Under the pieces are notes generated by a model. That model was given only the letters and a program-made list of their open reading frames with translations, ran no database searches and had not been told where the DNA came from. Of a stretch of DNA of 64,000 nt, positions 1 through 8,962 are shown piece after piece; within the stretch, counting starts at the first letter, position 1; every line of letters starts with the position of its first letter. Position numbers and translations under genes: made by a program. Location of the stretch: assembly GCA_022749815.1 (NCBI GenBank), contig JAKIWV010000002.1:194478-258477 (forward strand). The letters run 5' to 3'. Source of the stretch: Thermoplasmata archaeon (lineage in GTDB: Archaea > Thermoplasmatota > Thermoplasmata > Lutacidiplasmatales > UBA184).

Positions 1-1537
1 CCTGATCCTCCAGAAGGGAGAATCGATCGGCCGGCAGGCTCTCCTCGACCATCTCGTCCGCTTGAAGTATTCGCGGAACGACACCGAGTTTCAGCGGGGC
101 CGCTTCCGCGTGCGCGGCGGGAACATCGATATCCAGGGCTCCGGCGAGTCGCTGCATCGGGTCGTGCTCGAAGGGGACACGATCGCCGCGATCTACGAGC
201 TTGATCACCTGAGTCAGGAGGAGATCCGGGAGGTCCGGACGCTCACCGTCTTTCCGGCGACCCACTTCCTGACCGTGGATGACGAGTTGGAGCACGTGCT
301 GTCGCAGATCGATCAAGAAAAGGTGGCTCGCGTCAAGGAGCTGGAGGCCGGGGGGCACCTCGTCGAGGCTCAGCGGCTCAAGAGCCGCACGGAATACGAC
401 CTCGAGATGATCCGGGAGACCGGATTCTGCAGCGGGATCGAAAACTATTCGAGGTACTTTGCCGGCCGGCACGAGGGCGACCCGCCCTACACGCTGCTCG
501 ATTTCTTCCCCCCGGACTTTCTGACTTTCATCGACGAGTCCCACGTATCCCTCCCGCAGTTGCAAGGAATGTACAAAGGGGACCGAAGCCGGAAGGACAA
601 CCTGGTCGAGTTCGGCTGGCGCCTGCCCTCGTGCCGGGACAACCGTCCTCTGAAGTTCCCGGAGTTCCTGAGCCACGTCGGGCAGGTCGTGTTCGTCTCG
701 GCCACGCCCGGTCCGTTCGAGCTCAAGCACTCCACGGGCACCGTCGAGCAGATCATCCGCCCCACGGGCCTCGTCGACCCCGTGATCGACGTCCGGCCGC
801 TCAAGGGGCACATCGCCGACCTGATCGGGGAGCTCCGACGCCAGGTGGACCACGGCGAGCGGTCGCTCGTCACCACGCTGACCAAGGCGACGGCCGAGGA
901 GCTCTCTTCGTATCTCGCGAACCTGAACTTCAAGGTCCGCTACCTGCACTCCGATGTCGAGACGCTGAAGCGGATCGAGATCCTGCGGGACCTCCGGGTC
1001 GGACGGTTCGACATCCTGGTGGGCATCAATCTTCTGCGGGAGGGGCTCGACCTGCCCGAGGTGAGTCTCGTGGCGATCCTCGACGCCGACAAGGAAGGGT
1101 ACCTGCGCAGCGATACGTCGCTCATCCAGACGGCGGGGCGGGCGAGCCGAAATGTGTCGGGACGCGTCGTACTGTACGCCGACCGGATGACCGGATCGAT
1201 GGCGCGGGCGATCGCGGAGACGTCGCGGCGTCGAGAGCTCCAGGTCGCCTACAACCGGGAGCACGGTATCGTGCCAGAAACGATCGTCAAGGAGGTCCGC
1301 TCCCTGCTCGCGGCCTCGGAAGAGGCCGACTCGGGAGAACTCTCCACGTCGGGCCTCGGCAAGCGCTGGAAGGAGCGGCTGCCCGTCCTGATGGCGAACC
1401 TCGAAGAGGAGATGCGCCTCGCGGCGGAACGTCTCGATTTCGAGGAAGCGGCGCGGATCCGGGACCGCATCCATGACATCGAGCGGAAGGCGGGTCTCTC
1501 GCGCGCCATGCGGCCGTCGGCGCCGGCGTCCGCCTAG
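1..1537 (+). CDS. uvrB: Excinuclease ABC subunit B (UvrB), C-terminal ~510 aa; the 5' end lies outside the window
   Basis: The frame is open from the window start. The helicase C-terminal motifs match UvrB (TAEELSSYL, HSDVETLKRIEILRDLR, FDILVGINLLREGLD, ILDADKEG). The protein ends in a UVR domain (EEAARIRDRIHDIE). Confidence 0.9.
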   Translation, partial: LILQKGESIGRQALLDHLVRLKYSRNDTEFQRGRFRVRGGNIDIQGSGESLHRVVLEGDTIAAIYELDHLSQEEIREVRTLTVFPATHFLTVDDELEHVLSQIDQEKVARVKELEAGGHLVEAQRLKSRTEYDLEMIRETGFCSGIENYSRYFAGRHEGDPPYTLLDFFPPDFLTFIDESHVSLPQLQGMYKGDRSRKDNLVEFGWRLPSCRDNRPLKFPEFLSHVGQVVFVSATPGPFELKHSTGTVEQIIRPTGLVDPVIDVRPLKGHIADLIGELRRQVDHGERSLVTTLTKATAEELSSYLANLNFKVRYLHSDVETLKRIEILRDLRVGRFDILVGINLLREGLDLPEVSLVAILDADKEGYLRSDTSLIQTAGRASRNVSGRVVLYADRMTGSMARAIAETSRRRELQVAYNREHGIVPETIVKEVRSLLAASEEADSGELSTSGLGKRWKERLPVLMANLEEEMRLAAERLDFEEAARIRDRIHDIERKAGLSRAMRPSAPASA

Positions 1538-1548
1538 TCCCGAGTCGG

Positions 1549-2736
1549 TCAACTCGCGGGTGGCACCGGGGTCACGGCCGCCGGGAGCGACCCGGGGCGA
1601 CGTCGCCCCCGCGTGTAAAAGCCCTCGATCGCCACGAGCGAGACTGCCGTCGCTCCGATCGCGAACGCGAACAGTCCGACCGGACCCGCCAGGCTGAGCG
1701 CGACGCTGCCGCCGAGCGGGCCGAGGCTCCAGAGCGTGGAGTTGATCAGGGAGAAAACGCCGAGGTACTCGGCCCGCCGACCGGAGGGCGCCAGCCGGGC
1801 CACCCACGAGAGCATCGCCGGGCCCAGGAAGGCGAAGCCAAGGTTCCGGAACGCCTGGGCCGGTAGCAGCTCGACCCAATTGGAGGCCACAAGGAACCCC
1901 GCGATGGCGACGATCGAGACACCGGTGCCCCAGAGGAGGCCCTTGATCTCCCCGATGTCGTCGACGATCCGGCCGATCGGGACGGACATCAGCGCCATCG
2001 TCGCGAGTCCCGCGATCGCGACGAGAGCGACCTCGAAGAAATTCGCCCCCAGCGCGGCGGCGTACACCCCGTAGAAGGCCCCGACCGCCCCGGCCCCGAG
2101 AGAGCGGATCGATACCGTCGTGGAGAAGAACAGGAGCTCTTTCATTTCTCCCAAGGGTCGGCGAAGAGGGGTGCCCACGGCTCGATCATCGGGCACCCGG
2201 ATCAACAGGATCCCCAGCGTGCCGGCCTGGACCAACGCCACGAAGTAGAACATGTAGGTGAACCCCAGGTCGAGCACGAGCAGCCCGACGACCACGAATC
2301 CCACAATGCTGCCGGCGGAACTTGCGGCGTTGAGGAGGCCATAGGCGCCCCCCCGTTGCCGATCGCGCGTCACGTCGGCCACGAAGGCGCTCAGCGCGGG
2401 TCCGCCCATCGACAGGATCGTCGTCCCGGCGATGAAGGCGAGTCCGGCGGCCAAGTAGCCCGGAAGGAAAGGGATGGAAAGGTACAACGGGAGCGCCCCC
2501 AATTCAGCGCCGACGAGGAACGGGCGTCGGCGGCCGAGCCGGTCCGACCAACGACCGGCAAGGGGCGCTACGAGGCTTCCCGCGACATACGCGACCGAGG
2601 TGAATGCTAACGCGGTCGGGATCGGAGCGTGGTCCACCAGATGGAGGAAGACCGGAAAGAAGACCAAGTAGACGCCGGATCGGTTGCTCGCCAACAGGGA
2701 GTACAGCGAGAGACCCACGAGGGTCCGGTCGACCAT
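1549..2736 (-). CDS. MFS-family transporter (395 aa)
   Basis: About 12 predicted TM helices. An MFS signature follows TM2 (GRWSDRLGRRRPFLVG). The composition is hydrophobic and Gly/Ala-rich. Confidence 0.7.
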   Translation of the reverse strand: MVDRTLVGLSLYSLLASNRSGVYLVFFPVFLHLVDHAPIPTALAFTSVAYVAGSLVAPLAGRWSDRLGRRRPFLVGAELGALPLYLSIPFLPGYLAAGLAFIAGTTILSMGGPALSAFVADVTRDRQRGGAYGLLNAASSAGSIVGFVVVGLLVLDLGFTYMFYFVALVQAGTLGILLIRVPDDRAVGTPLRRPLGEMKELLFFSTTVSIRSLGAGAVGAFYGVYAAALGANFFEVALVAIAGLATMALMSVPIGRIVDDIGEIKGLLWGTGVSIVAIAGFLVASNWVELLPAQAFRNLGFAFLGPAMLSWVARLAPSGRRAEYLGVFSLINSTLWSLGPLGGSVALSLAGPVGLFAFAIGATAVSLVAIEGFYTRGRRRPGSLPAAVTPVPPAS

Positions 2737-2825
2737 GGCCGCGAGGTGCAGGACCCATATTTAGGCCGCGCGCCGACCTAGACGTATCGGCGAGGTTCTT
2801 TTGAGCCGGGGCCGGTCCCGCCGGC

Positions 2826-3641
2826 GTGACCCCATCGGCGGCGGCTCCCGATCGCTCGTCCGGTCTCTCGCTCCTGCGTCGCAGCGGGACCGTGACCGAG
2901 TTGCTCTTCCTGCACGAATGTGCCACGCGAGAGGTGGCTCAGCTCCGGCCCGTCGCCCAACGCCTCGGCCTCACCGTCCAAGCCGCCTCCCACATCTTCC
3001 GGCAGCTCCGGCGACGGGGATTGGCCGAGGTGCGGAACGACCTGTACCGGCCGACGGTATCTGGAATCGCCTGGCTCCACGCCGCGTTCGGTTCGGTGCG
3101 TGAGGACTTGGACGAACGTCTCCAGCGATTGCGGGTCATTCGCTCGACCCGAGCAGTGGCCCGGGGCCGGGTACCGGCCGACGCCGGTGTCGTTCTGGAG
3201 CTGCGGAGCGGCATGCTCGAAGCGCGCGTAGGCTCGAGAGGCCCCTCCCGGGGGCGGGCGCGCCGGGCGGCGAGGGACGGCGAACTCGTGGAAGTGACCG
3301 ACCTCGAGGGAATCGTCCCGCTCCGTCCGGCCGAGATCCGTATCGTCACGCTGCCCGACTCGGGGGCCCTCGAGAAGTCGATCGTAGCTCAGCTCCGTCG
3401 CCTGCTCCGGGGAGGTTCCGAGGGACTGTTGGCCGCGTCCGGAATCGAAGCCTTCCATTGGCTCCAGCGGGCGTCCTCGCGGCCGGTCCTACGCTATGCC
3501 GTCGCAGCGTCGGCCATCGAGGCCTCCAACGTCGGTGTGCCGACCACCCTCGTAGTGCTCGAGAGCGACCTGCCCTGGCTGCTCGCCCAGTTCGACCAGC
3601 CGCAACCCGTGCCCCTCACAGTACGTCGTCTACGAGGCTAG
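2826..3641 (+). CDS. Putative winged-HTH transcriptional regulator with an uncharacterised C-terminal domain
   Basis: N-terminal HTH-like segment (LRPVAQRLGLTVQAASHIFRQLRRRGLAEV). It lies next to, and divergent from, the ABC import operon. The start codon is uncertain. Confidence 0.4.
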   Translation: MTPSAAAPDRSSGLSLLRRSGTVTELLFLHECATREVAQLRPVAQRLGLTVQAASHIFRQLRRRGLAEVRNDLYRPTVSGIAWLHAAFGSVREDLDERLQRLRVIRSTRAVARGRVPADAGVVLELRSGMLEARVGSRGPSRGRARRAARDGELVEVTDLEGIVPLRPAEIRIVTLPDSGALEKSIVAQLRRLLRGGSEGLLAASGIEAFHWLQRASSRPVLRYAVAASAIEASNVGVPTTLVVLESDLPWLLAQFDQPQPVPLTVRRLRG

Positions 3642-4957
3642 GGCGGGTGCGGCCCCGTGGGGCTCGGCGCCGTCGGTTCCGGCCGACGTCGGGGAAGGTT
3701 CCAGCTCACGGAGAAGGTCGTCAGGGCTCTCCAGCGAGCGAGCGCCGGCCGCCACGAGCCGGTCCCGCACAGCCGCCGCCGTGCCGCCGGTGAAGTCGCG
3801 GTGGGGCCAGCTCGCCATCCCCAGGAGGAAGATGGGCGTGCGTCCAGCGAAGGGCACGAGGTCCTCCAGGTTAGCGAGGTTCCCAGGGCCTACCGGGAAT
3901 GGCGCAACCACGATCCGGTCGGCCTCCACGAGCAGCCGGCGATGCTGCGTCCGGCTTTCGTCGCTCAGGGGGGCAAAGGGAACCTCGGTGGCGACGGGGA
4001 TCCCGAATTCTTCCGCGGTCGTGTGGTCGGTATCGAAGAGGGCCACGACGCCGCTGGTCACGAAGAACCCCCGCTCCCATAGGCGGCGTAGAATGGGGGA
4101 CGCGGATCCCCCACCCCCCACCACGTGCACGCGAAGTGGGGGCGTCCGAAACGGCACTCTCGGTGCCTCCGGCGGCAGGCGGGGAATCAGGTAGGGGACC
4201 CCGCTGCGGGGATCCTCGCGGAGGTCGGCCACGATGCCCCATACCTCCTGCAGCAATACCGGAGAGAGCACGGCCGCCGCCGGTCCATCGGCCACCAGGC
4301 GGCCGTGGTGCAGGACCGCGACGCGGTCTGCAAAACGCGCCGCGAGGTTGAGGTCGTGCAGGGCGGTGACCGCGGCGCTCCCCTCTCGGTGGCAGAGCCG
4401 GCGCACCCGCTCGAGGACCTCGAGCTGGTGCGCCATGTCCAGATGCGCCGTGGGCTCGTCGAGGAGAAGGGCGGGCGTCGATTGGGCGAAGACTCGAGCG
4501 AGACGCAGGCGCTGGCGCTCGCCTCCGCTGATCTCCCAGGTCCGGTCGCCGGCCCGGTCTCCTAGGCCGACCTCGTCCAGGGCCTTCCGGGCCGCGAGGC
4601 GATCGCCCGCCGATTCCCCTCCGAACCGGGGAACGTGGGGGTGACGGCCGAACAGAACGTACTCGAAGAGCGTGACGTTGTCTCCCGGCAACTCCTCCTG
4701 GGGCATCCACGCGAGGTGCCGGGCCCGCGCCGACAGGGACAGCCGTCCTGCTGGAACGCCGGCGAGGAAGATCTGACCTTTGTCGGGCGATACGAGACCA
4801 AGAACCGTCCGGATCAACGTCGTCTTCCCCGAGCCGTTCGGCCCCGCGATCGCCAGGAGCTCTCCCGAGCGCACCGACAGTGAAACGTCCCGAAGGGCGA
4901 CGGTCGTCCCCAGGCGGACGGTCAGGTGCTCCACAGAGATCGCCGCGGGGATCAGGG
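3630..4957 (-). CDS. ABC transporter ATP-binding protein (FepC/BtuD-like, iron-siderophore/cobalamin type) with an unusual ~180-aa C-terminal extension
   Basis: Walker A (GPNGSGKTTL), ABC signature (ISGGERQRLRLA) and Walker B (LLLDEPTAHLD) are present, with a likely GTG start at 4957. The long listed ORF 3630..5837 is a frame artefact on its N-terminal side. Confidence 0.75.
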
Positions 4958-4963
4958 TCGTGG

Positions 4964-6085
4964 TCACGTGCGGGGTCCCTCCGAGGGGGTTCGGCGTCGA
5001 TACAGGAGATACAGAAAGAACGGCGCGCCGGCGAACGCCGTCGGGATCCCCACGGGCAGGACGATCGCCGGCACGACGACCTGGGCCAGGTCCCAGGCCG
5101 AGGCGAGGAACGCGCCGCCGAAGAGGGCGGATAGGGGAAGGACGGCCCGGTAATCGGGCCCCACCAAGCGTCGGACGATGTGCGGCGAGACCAGTCCCAC
5201 GAACCCGATCACCCCGGTAAACGCAACGGCGGTGGCGGTGAGGAGCGTCGTTGTTAGGATCAACTGTCGGGCCACTCGTCGTCCGTCGACCCCCAGACTG
5301 CTCGCCACATCGGGGCCGAGTTGGAGAACGTTGAGCTCGCGGCCTCGAAGCGCCGCGACGCCGCCGGCGATGAGCACGCCACCGAACACGATGCCCGCCC
5401 GGCCCCAGGTCGCACCGGCCATCCCCCCGAGGAGCCAGAAACTTACCTGGAACTCCCCGAGCGGATTCACGAGCAGGAATGCCGCCAACATCGCAGAGAA
5501 GAACGCGCTCAGGGCGACGCCCGTAAGGACCAACGTCTCGACCGCGCGGGCGCGGCCGGCCGCCCAGTACACGATGATCCCAGGGATCAATCCCCCCAGG
5601 AACGCGAAGAGGGGGAGCACAAGGTAAGCGGACGCGAGTCCGATCCGGAAGACGAAGATCAGCGACGCCCCCATCGCAGCCCCGGTGGACAGTCCGAGGA
5701 GGTAGGGGTCCGCGAGCGGGTTCCGGAACACGCCCTGCAACGAGCCGCCGGACAGCCCGAGGGCGGCCCCGGCGGCGAGAGCCAGGACGATCGCGGGCAT
5801 CCTCGCTTGCCAGACGATTTCGGTCCAGATCGCGCATTGGCGGGCCGAGACCGCAACGGAGCTACAAGCCGAACCCGCGAGGGCGCCACCCGTGAGACCG
5901 TGCACGCCGATCGACAGGACGACCCCGGGCGGGATCGGCACCGGTCCGATCAACGGGGAGAGGAGCAGCAACCCCAGGAGGACGCCCGCCAGGAGAAGCG
6001 ATGAAATCCAACGAAGTCGCCGGCGCGGCTGTGTGTTGGCCCCGGGGAGCTTCTCCGTCGTGCCGGGGGTGGGATTCCCCGGCAT
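4964..6085 (-). CDS. FecCD-family ABC permease (BtuC/FepD-like)
   Basis: Polytopic membrane protein with FecCD-type motifs (SGGSLQGVFRNPLADPYLLGLSTGAAMGA). It sits directly upstream of the ATPase. Confidence 0.8.
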   Translation of the reverse strand: MPGNPTPGTTEKLPGANTQPRRRLRWISSLLLAGVLLGLLLLSPLIGPVPIPPGVVLSIGVHGLTGGALAGSACSSVAVSARQCAIWTEIVWQARMPAIVLALAAGAALGLSGGSLQGVFRNPLADPYLLGLSTGAAMGASLIFVFRIGLASAYLVLPLFAFLGGLIPGIIVYWAAGRARAVETLVLTGVALSAFFSAMLAAFLLVNPLGEFQVSFWLLGGMAGATWGRAGIVFGGVLIAGGVAALRGRELNVLQLGPDVASSLGVDGRRVARQLILTTTLLTATAVAFTGVIGFVGLVSPHIVRRLVGPDYRAVLPLSALFGGAFLASAWDLAQVVVPAIVLPVGIPTAFAGAPFFLYLLYRRRTPSEGPRT

Positions 6086-6109
6086 TCGTCGGTCCCAAGA
6101 ACGGGGTGC

Positions 6110-7195
6110 CTACGGCGGGGGCACCAGGGTAGGGTGAACCAAGTGCAGCAGGATGGGAATGGCGAGGATCAGGGAGGGGTCGGCCTCCGTCATCAGGGTG
6201 ATGTCCACGGCGTCCTTGGCCCCGGTCAGCTGGCTCCAATAGGGGGCCCCCCCCGTCGTCGATTGCCATTGCGCCGGCGTCTGATTCGCCACGATCCAAG
6301 GGTCGTTCCAGCTCGTGCCGTAGAGCACGACGTCGGGACTCGCGTTGAGGACCGCCGTCGCGTTCATTTCGAAGTAGACTAGCGGGGACGAGGAGGCGAT
6401 GTTGACCGCCCCCAGCACGTCGATGAGCGACTGGCCGAACGAATCCGGTCCGAAGGTGTAGTACCCTCCGCCGTCGTAATAGTAGGTGACGAGGACGGTG
6501 GGCAGAATCCCCCCGTTGCTCGACAGGTTCGAATCAAATTTCTCCGCCGCGATCAACTGGAGGTTCAGTTGGGTCACGAGCGCATTCGTCGTGGCGCCCA
6601 CGGAGGGGAACAGCTGCCCGACCAATCGCACGTCGTTCACGATGCCTTCCAGGCTGTTCGGTGAGAGAAGGACCACGGGGATGTGGTACGTTACGGAGAG
6701 CTCTTCCACCGCCGCCGCCGAGGTGATGGTGGAGGCTAGAATCAGCTGGGGGCTCCGGTACAGGAGCTCCTCCACGGCGATCGAAGGAAAGTCGGCGATA
6801 CAGAGAGCGGCGGACACGTTCCACAACGCCGACTGATTGGGGGTGTACTCGTTCAGCAGGCCCCCTGAAATGAGTGGGTCGCATCCCACCCCGACGACCC
6901 GGTCGCGGAGGCCCAACCGGTAGACGATGTCGAGAACGCTCGGGGCGAGCACGACGATCCGAGAGGCGTTGGCCTTCGCCACGACCGAGCGGCCCAGATC
7001 GTCGACGACCGTGACGTTGGGTCCGGGGCCGGTCGGGGAGACGGCCTTGGACTCGATCGCCGGCTTGAGCTCGAAATAAACCGCGGTCGCGGCGACCGCA
7101 GTACCGGAGGCGATGAGAAGAGCGACGACCAAGAGCGTGACGGAGATGCGTCGCCCGGCGAGGGAAACCGGTCCAGGGGAGGGATTCAACGACAT
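6110..7195 (-). CDS. ABC substrate-binding protein (BtuF/FepB-like, class III) with an N-terminal membrane anchor; rich in N-x-S/T sequons
   Basis: N-terminal TM segment (ISVTLLVVALLIASGTAVAA). Binding-protein core (RIVVLAPSVLDIVYRLGL..VVGVGCD). It is the first gene of a three-gene import operon. Confidence 0.7.
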   Translation of the reverse strand: MSLNPSPGPVSLAGRRISVTLLVVALLIASGTAVAATAVYFELKPAIESKAVSPTGPGPNVTVVDDLGRSVVAKANASRIVVLAPSVLDIVYRLGLRDRVVGVGCDPLISGGLLNEYTPNQSALWNVSAALCIADFPSIAVEELLYRSPQLILASTITSAAAVEELSVTYHIPVVLLSPNSLEGIVNDVRLVGQLFPSVGATTNALVTQLNLQLIAAEKFDSNLSSNGGILPTVLVTYYYDGGGYYTFGPDSFGQSLIDVLGAVNIASSSPLVYFEMNATAVLNASPDVVLYGTSWNDPWIVANQTPAQWQSTTGGAPYWSQLTGAKDAVDITLMTEADPSLILAIPILLHLVHPTLVPPP

Positions 7196-7360
7196 TGGAA
7201 TCCAGACAAATACACTTTAAGATAAACATTGTGTCGCGATTCGGGCGGGCAACCCCCGAGGAATCCCCCGGCGCGCCCGGGTGGGGGGCGGAGTTTCGCT
7301 GGACACGGGTCGGGGGTTCACGACAAAGAATATCTGCGGGAAGGCTCCGGGACCACGGGA

Positions 7361-7522
7361 GGGAGCATAGGCTAATCTGGCAGACCAGCGGGCTCCAGTC
7401 AGGTCTCCTGCGAGGGGGATCTTTGCATTGGGTCAGCGGAGGGACGCTTCGGCGTACCGATGACGAGTGACTGGAGCGCGCGGAGAGACCCGCATATCGG
7501 GGTTCAAATCCCCGTGCTCCCA
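7361..7522 (+). tRNA. tRNA-Trp (anticodon CCA) with an 89-nt intron (7399..7487) between positions 37 and 38; CCA not encoded
   Basis: The acceptor stem is a perfect 7-bp helix, GGGAGCA/TGCTCCC, with discriminator A. The D-loop (AATCTGGCA) has A14, G18, G19 and A21. The anticodon stem is GCGGG/CCCGC, perfect once the intron is removed. The anticodon loop reads CT-CCA-G followed by A38 from exon 2. The T-arm is CGGGG-TTCAAAT-CCCCG. An AT-rich box, AAAGAATATCT, lies about 25-30 nt upstream. Confidence 0.8.
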
Positions 7523-7823
7523 TTGAAAATGGGCGGCCAGACCCATCTCCGGGGGTCCTTCGGGGCCCCGGAGTTTAGTTTCTCCATAGGCAAACTTCGT
7601 GCGAGAAAGGGGTGCTTTTCGAGCGCAGGAGTCAAGGGAGTGGTGGCCGACGATTCTCTAGTGTCCGGCCGCCAGCTTGTCCGGCTCGTTCTAGAAGAAG
7701 GTCGGGCCTCGGTCGGCTATTGTTGTTTAGCCCTTTGGCCACCATTGTGCCTGCGATTCAATTGCCCCCGCGGTCCGAAGCAGTACCGGACTTTCGACTC
7801 GAGACTATCGAGTTCAGCAGCGG

Positions 7824-8261
7824 TCAACTTGTTTCGCTGACGCATGCATAGACCTTCGCACGCATCCGCATCGTCTGTGGGTCGAAAGTGCCCTCGAGGA
7901 TGCAGACGCTGTTGTTGAGCCACTTGTACCGCTCGTCTTCGGTTTCAAACAGTACCGAGAGAAGCTGCCGGCCCCCCGCCTCGGTAAACACGGTACGGCC
8001 TTGCAGCGAGACCAGAACGAGCGCGTCGTCGTGCGTCTTGATCAAGCCGTGCGCGTCGGGCAGCATCGCGCCATCGCTCCGCCGGCGAGGATGATTTGTC
8101 AGGCGAAGGGAGCCACGAAGCTTGTCACCCGTAACCGTTCCGTCCAGCTCGCCGTACCCTGCCCCGCCTTCATTTCCATAGGGCCTCACTAGGACAAACT
8201 TCTCGCCAAAGGAGGAGTCGCGATACGCCGCGTCAAGCTCACAGATCGGCTCCAGACGCAT
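7824..8261 (-). CDS. DUF3237-family protein (~145 aa)
   Basis: The pattern M.LEP...L.A.Y....G...G..Y.L.G.V.G..LRG......DW....DG...LD is typical of DUF3237. The likely start is MRLEPICELD. Confidence 0.5.
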   Translation of the reverse strand: MRLEPICELDAAYRDSSFGEKFVLVRPYGNEGGAGYGELDGTVTGDKLRGSLRLTNHPRRRSDGAMLPDAHGLIKTHDDALVLVSLQGRTVFTEAGGRQLLSVLFETEDERYKWLNNSVCILEGTFDPQTMRMRAKVYACVSETS

Positions 8262-8493
8262 AGTAGCACCGCCTGCCGGCGGAAAACCAGGCGTGAGTAA
8301 AGAACCTTCCGCACTATCCAAGTTGTCGGCCGTCGTACCCGAGTTCGCCGTCCCGCATAGGCTACTATGTCGGAGATCTACAAGGAGTTCGAAACGGGCC
8401 CCTAAGCGTTTTAAGAGAGCGACTGGCTTTTGCTGAACTTTTCCAAAGGAGGGGATTCTCTAGGGCCCCCCTGGCGTGCTTCAGCTACACCGC

Positions 8494-8523
8494 GAGGGTG
8501 CAATCGCCATTGCACCCTCGAAC
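8494..8523. repeat. Palindromic repeat family, copy P1: GAGGGTGCAAT-CGCC-ATTGCACCCTC + GAAC
   Basis: Perfect 11-nt inverted arms around a 4-nt spacer. It is intergenic, lying between the STAND gene 3' end and the DUF3237 gene. Confidence 0.7.
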
Positions 8524-8962
8524 CCGGTTACCTCACTGGGGCCGGAGAGCGGATCCATTTGCAACGGCTCACCCACCACAGCGGTCAGACATCGCAGGTT
8601 CCGAGGGCAGCCGCTCTTGGGGCGATCGGAGGAGGGGGAGGCATGTCGAAGCGGGCCCTCTGACTCGAGCCACGGTCAGGGTTCCTCCTTTCACCCATCC
8701 TCCCCCGTGGCCATCTCCACCCTCTCGCAGGACGCCATCTGTCTCCCTTGGATAGTTGTCGAGGGAGGAGTTGCGCCGCCTCTAGGGCGCCGCAGCGACG
8801 TAGGGGCCGACTTCGGAGGCTGCCTCCGAGGCCCGCCTCCCCATGGCTCCCTCCGGATCCGGCCCAGCGGGCCTGGCTCGGCGAGGGGCATAGCCGAGAA
8901 GGGGGGCGCCGAGCCCTCTCGGACGAGTGGGAGCAAGGGGCCCTCGCCACCGGGCGTATGAG

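Noticed and set aside
631-1476. Many long overlapping or antisense ORFs with Arg/Pro/Gly-rich translations (e.g. 631..1476, 3871..4710, 9561..10202, 11764..12603, 26133..27074, 36036..36854)
   Set aside because: These are typical spurious ORFs of high-GC DNA. They lie inside or antisense to well-supported genes and have no motif content.
3630-5837. 735-aa ORF listed as one gene
   Set aside because: Its first ~290 aa are Arg/Gly/Pro low-complexity, and they overlap the FecCD permease gene in another frame. The real ABC ATPase begins at the GTG near 4957 (VTTTLIPAAIS...).
7399-7487. Box C/D guide RNA inside the tRNA-Trp intron
   Set aside because: There is only a C-like GATGACGA and no canonical CUGA D box. 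It is mentioned as a possibility but not called as a feature.
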